A stretch of 64,000 bases of DNA from Patescibacteria group bacterium (GTDB lineage: Bacteria; Patescibacteriota; Patescibacteriia; GWA2-46-9), in NCBI GenBank assembly GCA_041660005.1, contig JBAZXG010000004.1, positions 5,720-69,719 on the forward strand. Direction: 5' to 3'. Position 1 is the stretch's first letter; every line of letters starts with the position of its first letter. Under the pieces are notes generated by a model that saw only the letters and a program-made list of their open reading frames with translations, made no database searches and was not told the DNA's origin. This document shows positions 48,815 to 56,447 of this stretch, in pieces. The position numbers were made by a program, and so were the translations under genes.

Positions 48815-49831
48815 CTAAAACTGCTCAAGGAAACGTAAATCGTTTTCATAAAGAATACGAATGTCCGGAATATTGAGACCCGCGCGCATAAGCATGGTGC
48901 GTTCGACTCCCCATCCAAAAGCCAGACCGGTAACTTTTTTCGGGTTCAGCTTTGCCGCTGCTATGACATTAGGGTGGAGCATGCCTGCTCCGCCAAGTTC
49001 AACCCACCCCTGTTTACATAGTCGACACCCTTTACCATTGCAGACACCGCAACTGATATCGACTTCAAAACTCGGTTCAGTAAAACGGAAATGAAAAGGA
49101 CGAAGACGAACTTCGCGATCTACACCAAAGTATGTTTTCACAAAATATTCTAGTACGCCCTTCAAGTGACGAAAGGTCACCCCTTCAGCCGCGTACACGC
49201 CATCAAACTGATGAAAGACCGGCGTATGTGAGGCGTCCGACTGACGCCGATAACACTTTTGAATATTAATGAAGCGCACCGGTAAAGGTGACAGGGCGAG
49301 CGAGCGAGCAGTACCTGATGTACCGTGCGGCGTCAAAACAAAACGGTAGTTTCCCTCTAGCTTCGCGTCCATAAAGAACGTCTCCCACTCGTCGCGAGCA
49401 GGATGGTCAGCCGGCATATTCAGCGCCTCAAACGGATAGAACTCGGTCTCAATGTCCGGATGACGAACGCGCGTAAAACCAATTTCTCGAAAAATTCTAG
49501 CAATGTCTTCAATGGCTTTCGTCACTAAATGAAGATGACCAGTTTCGATTTCTATGCCGGGCAAGGTTGTATCAAGACGTAGGACCTCACCCACAACATT
49601 TTCTTCCGCTTCTGCTAAAGCTTTGTCAATCTCCACGCGCGCCTTATTGGCGGCACTGCCAATCTGAGGACGTTCTTTCGGCGCCACATTTTTGACTCCA
49701 CGCAATAACTGGGTCAATTTGCCTTGCCGACCAAGGTAACGTAAACGCACCTGCTCAACCGCTTCACTAGAATGCGCCCCGGCAATAGCAGTTTTTGCTT
49801 CGGCGAGTAATGCCTTAATGGCTTCCATCAT
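48815..49831 (-). CDS. pheS: Phenylalanyl-tRNA synthetase alpha subunit.
   Basis: Class II motifs (FRxE-like: PFHFRFTEPSFEVD) and a C-terminal GFAFGWGVERTMLM. Confidence 0.9.
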   Translation of the reverse strand: MMEAIKALLAEAKTAIAGAHSSEAVEQVRLRYLGRQGKLTQLLRGVKNVAPKERPQIGSAANKARVEIDKALAEAEENVVGEVLRLDTTLPGIEIETGHLHLVTKAIEDIARIFREIGFTRVRHPDIETEFYPFEALNMPADHPARDEWETFFMDAKLEGNYRFVLTPHGTSGTARSLALSPLPVRFINIQKCYRRQSDASHTPVFHQFDGVYAAEGVTFRHLKGVLEYFVKTYFGVDREVRLRPFHFRFTEPSFEVDISCGVCNGKGCRLCKQGWVELGGAGMLHPNVIAAAKLNPKKVTGLAFGWGVERTMLMRAGLNIPDIRILYENDLRFLEQF

Positions 49832-50217
49832 AAACGACGACCCCTCTGCTGGTAAGCAAGCACGGCAAATTCAAGAAAGGTGAGAGCGATAATTAAAAAA
49901 ACCATGTTCCACCAGGTTAGCAACTGTTTGCTCTGAAGAAATAACGCAGCCACAACTAAAAACGAAAAAGAAAATGCCTGACGAAAAGAAATAGTTACTT
50001 GCTGGTAAATAAGCTCATTTTTTAAAATGTAGTGGCGCAAAACTAGCCCCAGAAGAGAAAATGAACCAGTGAGCGCCAGATAGAGAGCAAGGTAAAAAAC
50101 GGTAAAGCCCAACCAGCCAGCGGTCGCCGGATCAAGAAAAAAAATAACCAATACCCAAGCACCCCAGGTGAGTAACGTCCCAAGTGCCATTAAAAAAACG
50201 TACTGTCTAAGTGTCAT
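49828..50217 (-). CDS. Small polytopic membrane protein, hypothetical. Translationally coupled to pheS.
   Basis: 129 aa, 3-4 predicted TM helices. Overlaps the pheS start by 4 nt. Confidence 0.45.
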   Translation of the reverse strand: MTLRQYVFLMALGTLLTWGAWVLVIFFLDPATAGWLGFTVFYLALYLALTGSFSLLGLVLRHYILKNELIYQQVTISFRQAFSFSFLVVAALFLQSKQLLTWWNMVFLIIALTFLEFAVLAYQQRGRRL

Positions 50218-50281
50218 AATGTAATTTTCTCTATAGATACAGTACCAGAATACTGAGGCAAACTCAACGTCTTTAGCTTTT

Positions 50282-50608
50282 TTAGTATCGCTTCGACCAG
50301 CTATCTTCTCTCGCCATTGGCCGCACCCGTATTCTTACAATACCCTGATTGGGAAACGTGCTGCGGAGTGCCTCTAGGAGCGCTTCCGAACGCATTTTCA
50401 CTTCCTGTCCAACGGTGGGGTTAGCAGCGCCAATGGTCAACGTTCCCAATTTATACGAAATGACGCGTATATCTGCCGGATGCAAGTCAGAAAGTATTTG
50501 ACGCATCAGTGGTTCAGCATTTTCAACAACAACGGCTGCGCTCACAACACGCTCAGCCCCGGTACGGTTGAGAGCGCTCTGTAAAAAGTCTGCAATGGGT
50601 TTAAGCAT
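50282..50608 (-). CDS. DUF721/DciA-like small protein (possible helicase-loader family).
   Basis: 108 aa. The N-terminal region and a C-terminal VISYKLGTLTIGAANPTVGQEV...LLEAL fit the DUF721 pattern loosely. Confidence 0.35.
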   Translation of the reverse strand: MLKPIADFLQSALNRTGAERVVSAAVVVENAEPLMRQILSDLHPADIRVISYKLGTLTIGAANPTVGQEVKMRSEALLEALRSTFPNQGIVRIRVRPMAREDSWSKRY

Positions 50609-50611
50609 AGT

Positions 50612-53569
50612 TTACGCCTCCGAAAAGGGACAAATATCTTTAAAGTCGCAATGACTACAATTTTGCTTTGACGGTTTCGCTGGAAATTTACCCGTCTGAA
50701 TTGCCGCTACGGTCGTCTTAACTTTCTCTTCAAGCTTTTGCAAATCGTCCGTTGAGCCCTTAAACGACAACGCCTTATTCTCGTTGAGGTAGTAAAAGGT
50801 AAGCTGCATCGGATCATCCCCCCAGATACGCTCTGCTGCCAGCTGGTAAATAAGGAGCTGATCCTTGTCCACTTCAGCAAGACTCCCAGGAACACGACCT
50901 GTTTTGTAGTCGATAATTTCAATGCCGCCCACAACAGCGTCGATACGGTCAATTTTACCACGAAGGGTGTAAGGTCCAATCTTTAAGGTGAATCCCTTTT
51001 CAACCGCTTGCGTCTTCGGCCACTTGCCATCATGCAACGCATAAAATGCTTTCAGAGACTCTTTGCCACGCGCGAAGTACTCATCGTGTATTTTTCGACT
51101 TGGATACCACTCATCAATCCATGCTTCTTCAAAGAGTTTGAGCAAATCCTGAAGTGTCGGAATGGCTATTACTGTCTCTGTCTTTCCATTGGGAAATAAC
51201 TGCACCTGCTCACGCGACTCTGCGTCGATTACGCGCTGAAAAAAACGCTCCAGCGTAAAGTGCATGGACTGCCCAAAACTAAAGGTATGCCGACCCCATA
51301 CCGGCACCTTCAAAACATGTGCATAACGATACTGCAGCGGACACGTTTCATAAGCTTTTAATGCAGTAAAACTAAAATGCTCAGGTATTGGCTGAGGGAA
51401 AACCTCGGGCCAGCGCTCGTCCACCGCAGCTACCGGGAATGCTTGGGCAGTAGCCACGTGCGTGATGGTACTCAAAGGAATATTGAGTTCAACCAGAAAA
51501 CGAGAAATTTTTTTCTTGCGCGCCCCTCCGTAATCTTCAGCTGACGTTAAATACAAACCCTGTTTAGCGCGCGTCATAGCTACATAGAAAAGTCGTCGCT
51601 CTTCTTCCAAGTGCACATCCCCTTCTGGAAGTATTTCTTTTAAGAGCGCCTCAGGCAACACAATGGGCTCACTGCGTTCAGTTGACGGGAAACGACGGTC
51701 AACGAGGCCGACAATGAATACGTGTGCAAATTCCAACCCTTTTGCAGCATGCACGGTCATCACTTTTACAACATCGGGTCCAAGCTCTGGATCAACGTTG
51801 AGGACGCCTGTTTCGCCAGATTCCATTTCGTACGCCATGGTCTCCATAAAATCACGCAACCGTGGATCACTCTGTGTTGCTTCCCAATGTCTGATGCGCT
51901 CATAAAACTGATTGAGATAATTGAAATTGATACGGGCACTCTCTTCTCCGGCAGCTTCGATAGCTTTGGTGTAGCCAATATCGGTTAAAACTTTGACCAA
52001 CAACTCGCTCGGGCGCCGCGTACGCGTCATCTCACTATGGTTCCGAACAAAAAATAAAATACGTTCAACAGCTTTAAGTCCTGCGGCACTCATGAGCGGC
52101 ACCAAACGTGCTTTGTCTAAGGCCTCAAAAAGCGAAATTGATTTCATTTTTGCATAGTGGCTGAGTTGAATGGCATCTTCTCCTGATAATTTCCAAAGTG
52201 AAAAACTGAGAACGCGCCATAAGCTCGGACTTTCGTGGTAATTATCAAGAAGACGTAAATAGCACAAAGTGTCCACGATAACCGGAGTTTTATAAAGACC
52301 CCTATTGGAAAATGAATGGTAGGGTATGCCGGCACGGGCAAGAACATCGCTAAAGGCGCCCGCTTGGTCGTTCGAGCGAGCCAAAATGGCCATGTCCCCC
52401 CAATTAATCTTTTTTTTCTGATGCAGGTCCGTAATTTTTTGCGCTACCAGCGCCTCTTCGTCGGCCAAGGTGGCACCATGCAAATGCACAATCTCCCCTT
52501 TTTCTTTTTGTACGGCCAATAATTTTTTATTGAGAGCCTGGCCGTCAATAATGGTTAATTGATGCTCGAGACGATTAGGATCATTCTGACGAATGAATGC
52601 ATAGGCGGCATCCAGAATGGATTGTCCAGAACGGTAATTTTGTACGAGAACGACGCTGGCAGCCGCGCTAAAATCTTTTCTGAACTGCAAGATGTTACTC
52701 ATAGAAGCACCGCGGAATCGGTAAATAGCTTGGTCGTCGTCACCGACAACCGTTAAGTTTTTCTTGTCGCCCGCGAGCAGTTTAACAAGTTCGTACTGCG
52801 CCCAGTTTGTATCTTGAAATTCGTCAACGAGAATATAGCGAAATTGCTTTTGGTAATCTTCCAAAATATCCGGTCGAGTGCGCAGTAAACGCAGGGTGTA
52901 AACGATGAGATCTCCAAAATCAAGCGCGTTATGCTCCAACAAAAGCTGCTGGTAAACGTGATAAGCGTTCGCTACCTCTTGAAGACGCGCCGCTTCGTCA
53001 TCGTCCGTCGTCTTTTTCTTGCGCTTCGCTTTACCGACGCGTTCGCTGTCTCTATTTAATACAGACTGCTCAGCAAAAGCCAGGTACTTTTCAGGATAAA
53101 TTTCCTCATCTTTCGCCCGCGAAAAATGACGAATAAGCGCATGCACAAACTTAACAGGATTCCCGAGCGGTCGGTAATAGTTTAACGAAAACCGATCTAA
53201 ATTTTTTCTGACCAGAAGCCACTGTTCTGTTTCGGTGAGCACTTTAAAATCATGCGGCACACCAATTGCTAGCGCGTGGCGTTCAAGTATGCGCTGGCAA
53301 AAAGAATGAAATGTTGAAACCCAAAGATCGGTATAGCCATAGGGCAGTAATTTATCAACCCGCTCTTCTATTTCACCTGCGGCCTTGTCGGTAAACGTGA
53401 GCGCTAAAATCTCGTCTGGCTTAACCTTCTTCGTATCAATAAGCCAGGCAAGGCGCCTCGTAATAACCGTGGTCTTGCCGGTACCGGCACCCGCAACAAT
53501 CAAAAGCGGTCCATCTGCGTGTGTTACTGCTATCCGTTGCTCTTCGTTTAAGCCCTGCAAAGTGTCCAT
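50612..53569 (-). CDS. UvrD/PcrA-family SF1 helicase fused to a C-terminal PD-(D/E)xK nuclease with a Cys cluster (AddA/AddB- or Cas4-like, single chain).
   Basis: Walker A LLIVAGAGTGKTT and UvrD motifs through about 650 aa. The C-terminus has IDRIDAV...IEIIDYKTG (PD-(D/E)xK) and a terminal C...CSHCDFKDIC Fe-S-type cysteine motif. The likely start is MDTLQGLNEEQRIAV at 53569; the 86 GC-rich codons upstream in the track ORF are judged non-coding. Confidence 0.8.
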   Translation of the reverse strand: MDTLQGLNEEQRIAVTHADGPLLIVAGAGTGKTTVITRRLAWLIDTKKVKPDEILALTFTDKAAGEIEERVDKLLPYGYTDLWVSTFHSFCQRILERHALAIGVPHDFKVLTETEQWLLVRKNLDRFSLNYYRPLGNPVKFVHALIRHFSRAKDEEIYPEKYLAFAEQSVLNRDSERVGKAKRKKKTTDDDEAARLQEVANAYHVYQQLLLEHNALDFGDLIVYTLRLLRTRPDILEDYQKQFRYILVDEFQDTNWAQYELVKLLAGDKKNLTVVGDDDQAIYRFRGASMSNILQFRKDFSAAASVVLVQNYRSGQSILDAAYAFIRQNDPNRLEHQLTIIDGQALNKKLLAVQKEKGEIVHLHGATLADEEALVAQKITDLHQKKKINWGDMAILARSNDQAGAFSDVLARAGIPYHSFSNRGLYKTPVIVDTLCYLRLLDNYHESPSLWRVLSFSLWKLSGEDAIQLSHYAKMKSISLFEALDKARLVPLMSAAGLKAVERILFFVRNHSEMTRTRRPSELLVKVLTDIGYTKAIEAAGEESARINFNYLNQFYERIRHWEATQSDPRLRDFMETMAYEMESGETGVLNVDPELGPDVVKVMTVHAAKGLEFAHVFIVGLVDRRFPSTERSEPIVLPEALLKEILPEGDVHLEEERRLFYVAMTRAKQGLYLTSAEDYGGARKKKISRFLVELNIPLSTITHVATAQAFPVAAVDERWPEVFPQPIPEHFSFTALKAYETCPLQYRYAHVLKVPVWGRHTFSFGQSMHFTLERFFQRVIDAESREQVQLFPNGKTETVIAIPTLQDLLKLFEEAWIDEWYPSRKIHDEYFARGKESLKAFYALHDGKWPKTQAVEKGFTLKIGPYTLRGKIDRIDAVVGGIEIIDYKTGRVPGSLAEVDKDQLLIYQLAAERIWGDDPMQLTFYYLNENKALSFKGSTDDLQKLEEKVKTTVAAIQTGKFPAKPSKQNCSHCDFKDICPFSEA

Positions 53570-53654
53570 ATTGAAATAGTATAGCATTATTGAAAAATGA
53601 TGCCCGGCGTCGCTCTTGGTGAGCGAGCGCCGGGCGGCGGACGGAAAACGGAGC

Positions 53655-53888
53655 TCATGGCGAGGCTCCAGTGGGATTCTTCTTCCGGCTGAGAACGCCG
53701 GTGAGCAGATCCAACATCTGCCTGGGACCAAACCCGGTAGGAAGCTCGTGCCTCCTGTTTGCGGCTTCCCCCTGAATCCGCTTATCGAGCGCCTTGAGCG
53801 TTCTGAGACTACACGCCTCGAGGTCACTCCTCGCTTCCGCGGGGTTCAGGCTGAGAAATGCAACGATGTCGAGGTCTTGAATCGGCAT
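53655..53888 (-). CDS. Small hypothetical protein (77 aa), GC-rich cassette gene 2.
   Basis: MPIQDLDIVAFLSLNPAEARSDLEACSLRTLKALDKRIQ... A perfect AGGAGG lies 7 nt upstream of the ATG. GC-rich. Confidence 0.45.
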   Translation of the reverse strand: MPIQDLDIVAFLSLNPAEARSDLEACSLRTLKALDKRIQGEAANRRHELPTGFGPRQMLDLLTGVLSRKKNPTGASP

Positions 53889-53901
53889 TATAAGGGGCCT
53901 C

Positions 53902-54024
53902 CTAGTCCCCGAACGACGCAGGCCCAATCAGGGCTTCTTGCTCTGCTTCCGGAAGGTCCGGAAACGTCGTAATGCGGATCACTTCTTCTGCCGCCACTTC
54001 CCCAGCCACGCCTTCGTTCTTCAT
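53902..54024 (-). CDS. Very small acidic protein (40 aa), GC-rich cassette gene 1.
   Basis: MKNEGVAGEVAAEEVIRITTFPDLPEAEQEALIGPASFGD. AGGGAG lies 5 nt upstream of the ATG. Its stop overlaps the Shine-Dalgarno of the next gene. Confidence 0.35.
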   Translation of the reverse strand: MKNEGVAGEVAAEEVIRITTFPDLPEAEQEALIGPASFGD

Positions 54025-54042
54025 GATTTCTCCCTATAACGC

Positions 54043-54071
54043 AAACTGCTCCGAGTTCTTCGGAGCAGTTT
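54043..54071. other. Perfect 11-bp-stem hairpin at the boundary between eno and the GC-rich mini-cassette.
   Basis: aaactgctccg-agttctt-cggagcagttt. A T-rich tract follows on the plus strand only. Confidence 0.4.
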
Positions 54072-54221
54072 GGGTCTTTGTTATTGAACGTTGACCTCAA
54101 ATTGCTCCGTCGTCGACAACGACAATACCAACGACGTTCTTCACGACGATGGAATTAAGAGAGTTTGAGGTGATGTGTTTCATCTTTACTAACATAGCAC
54201 ATCCGACTCGAACGTCAAGCG

Positions 54222-55409
54222 CTAGTCGTAAAGCCGAATGAGTTCGTTAAATTTGTCTAGCCGTTCGTGTATTGGTACGCCGATCTTGAGGCCATACGCC
54301 CCACCGGCCTTAGCCAGGTGAACAATAAAAGCGTCATTAGTTTCTCCGGATCGATGTGAGACTATCGTTTTAATGCCATGCTTTCTCGCGATATTCACGG
54401 AAGCGCATGCTTCACTGACTGAGCCAACTTGATTCGGCTTAATGATAACCCCGCTAATGCTATGAGCCAGTTTTTCTATTCGTTTAGGGTTTGTCACAGT
54501 TAAATCGTCGCCCACAATGAGTTTATTCGGGAATTTTTCCTTAGATTGCCTAAAACCATTTTCGTCGTCTTCTGAAAAATGATCTTCTATAGAAACGAGC
54601 TCAGGCACACGTTTAAAATAATCTTTGTAAACAGCTAAAAGCTCTACCGTAGAAAGTTTCTTCCCTCCAAAATGATAAGCCCCGCTGCGGTAAAATTCAG
54701 AGGCGGCTACATCTAACCCTAAACGAAATGTATAGCCACCCCTTACTTTGGCAACAGCCCGCTGCAATAACGTAAGAGGTGTTAAATTATCTTTGAAGTC
54801 ATACGAGTAACCGCCTTCGTCACCAATCGCTAAGTTCGAAATGTTATATTTCTTTTTAGTCAAATCTCCAAGCAAGCGATAGACAGAGGAAAGCTCTTGC
54901 GTTAACTCAGCGTAGGTTGACTTAACTCTGGCAATAATCATGTACTCCTGAATGTCTAGACTGTTGGTGGCATGCGCTCCCCCGTTAATGGTATTTGAAA
55001 AAATGAGCGGCCTTGTCTCCTGAACACCTTTAAAAAATTCTTTTCGCAACACTTCCCATGGTGCCTTTTTTTGTTCGTCCGCCAAAGCTCGCACAAAAGC
55101 AATCGAGCACCCAAGGATAACGTTGCCGCCTAATTTTTCTTTACGCGACGTTGGGTCAAGCGAGAGTAAGACAGAGTCAAACTGCTGAACGCTACTAAAA
55201 TTTTTACCGAGAACGTATTTTTCTATTTTCAAAACTGATTTTTTCGCGGCAGAAAAGTCGAAGATACTCGCTTCAAGACTGCCGCAACTAGCTCCCGCCG
55301 GCACGCTAGCAAGAAACGACTTACTGTTATGTCCTTGCAGTTCAATTTCAATCGTTGGATTACCGCGAGAATCAAAAATTTTACGTACCTTCAATTCTTT
55401 TACTCTCAT
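54222..55409 (-). CDS. eno: Enolase, canonical with the catalytic residues present.
   Basis: IFDSRGNPTIEIEL, IGDEGGY, IIKPNQVGSVSE, SHRSGETND and a terminal LKIG are all present. Confidence 0.9.
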   Translation of the reverse strand: MRVKELKVRKIFDSRGNPTIEIELQGHNSKSFLASVPAGASCGSLEASIFDFSAAKKSVLKIEKYVLGKNFSSVQQFDSVLLSLDPTSRKEKLGGNVILGCSIAFVRALADEQKKAPWEVLRKEFFKGVQETRPLIFSNTINGGAHATNSLDIQEYMIIARVKSTYAELTQELSSVYRLLGDLTKKKYNISNLAIGDEGGYSYDFKDNLTPLTLLQRAVAKVRGGYTFRLGLDVAASEFYRSGAYHFGGKKLSTVELLAVYKDYFKRVPELVSIEDHFSEDDENGFRQSKEKFPNKLIVGDDLTVTNPKRIEKLAHSISGVIIKPNQVGSVSEACASVNIARKHGIKTIVSHRSGETNDAFIVHLAKAGGAYGLKIGVPIHERLDKFNELIRLYD

Positions 55410-56446
55410 AGGTTTGTAACTATGTTTTTCGACTTCCCGTCATAAAACGCATGAATATTATCATAGGTAATTCCCATGATGCGCTCCATGGCCTCCTGCG
55501 TATTGAAAGCATTGTGCGGACTCACCAGTACATTTGGCATCGACATCAGCACATGATTTTCAAAAGCAATCTTGAACTTATCCGATGAGACACCAGCGTT
55601 TTTCAAAAACGTGAACTCATCGCTGATTTCCCCTTCTTCCTCGAGTACATCAAGTGCTGCACCAGCCAACGTGCCGTCGTTCAATGCGCGTACCAAAGCA
55701 TCAGTCTCCACGAGTCCTCCTCGAGCGGTGTTGATCAAATAGGCACCTTTTTTCATGATGCCAATATTCGTTGCATTAATGAGGTGATGCGTATTTTTAT
55801 TATACGGCGCGTGCAAGGTAACGACGTCGGACGAGCGCAGTAGTTCTTCCATGCTCACGAAACGAAAACCCATGTCTTTAGCAACTAGCTCGTCAGGCGT
55901 CGGATCATGGGCAAGAACGTTCATACCAAACCCGAGTGCAATGTGCACCGCTACCATGCCAATGCGACCAGTACCAACAATACCTATCGTTTTCCCTTTA
56001 AGATCAGTACCCCGCAATCCGTCTGGAGAAAACGGTCCCGATTCTTTAACGCGATGAATCGCTTGGTAAATATTTCGGGTTAAGCTCAGCAGTAATCCAA
56101 AAGCATACTCGGCAACCGTATGGTCTCCATATCCAGGGACATAGGTAACGGCCACACCTCGATTTTTACAAGCTACAAGGTCAATGTGGTCATACCCCGT
56201 TGAACGAGCTGCAATGAGCTTGAGCTTAGGCAGCTTATCTAACTCCGCTGCCGTAACTTCAGAATGAACAAAAATAGAAACAACTTCGAGCTTTACAGCA
56301 ATCTCAGGGCTAACCGACGACAGTGACTCTCTGCTGAAATAAATCTCTGCACCAGGAAATTCTTTTTGAATCTGCGCTTCTTCCCATCCTTCAAGATCAA
56401 AAAAACCTATCACTCCCTTCTGGTCGATTGCATCAGCTGCTTTCAT
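55406..56446 (-). CDS. D-isomer-specific 2-hydroxyacid dehydrogenase (D-lactate / phosphoglycerate dehydrogenase family).
   Basis: NAD-binding GIVGTGRIGMVAVHIALGFGMNV and a catalytic R/E/H region (TARGGLVETDAL...SPHNAF). Confidence 0.8.
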   Translation of the reverse strand: MKAADAIDQKGVIGFFDLEGWEEAQIQKEFPGAEIYFSRESLSSVSPEIAVKLEVVSIFVHSEVTAAELDKLPKLKLIAARSTGYDHIDLVACKNRGVAVTYVPGYGDHTVAEYAFGLLLSLTRNIYQAIHRVKESGPFSPDGLRGTDLKGKTIGIVGTGRIGMVAVHIALGFGMNVLAHDPTPDELVAKDMGFRFVSMEELLRSSDVVTLHAPYNKNTHHLINATNIGIMKKGAYLINTARGGLVETDALVRALNDGTLAGAALDVLEEEGEISDEFTFLKNAGVSSDKFKIAFENHVLMSMPNVLVSPHNAFNTQEAMERIMGITYDNIHAFYDGKSKNIVTNL

Positions 56447-56447
56447 A

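Noticed and set aside
53570-53827. 86-codon N-terminal extension of the helicase-nuclease ORF in the six-frame track.
   Set aside because: GC-rich, with no RBS or start context and no helicase similarity. The conserved helicase N-terminus begins at MDTLQGLNEEQRIAV, so the extension is read-through ORF artefact in the GC-rich spacer.
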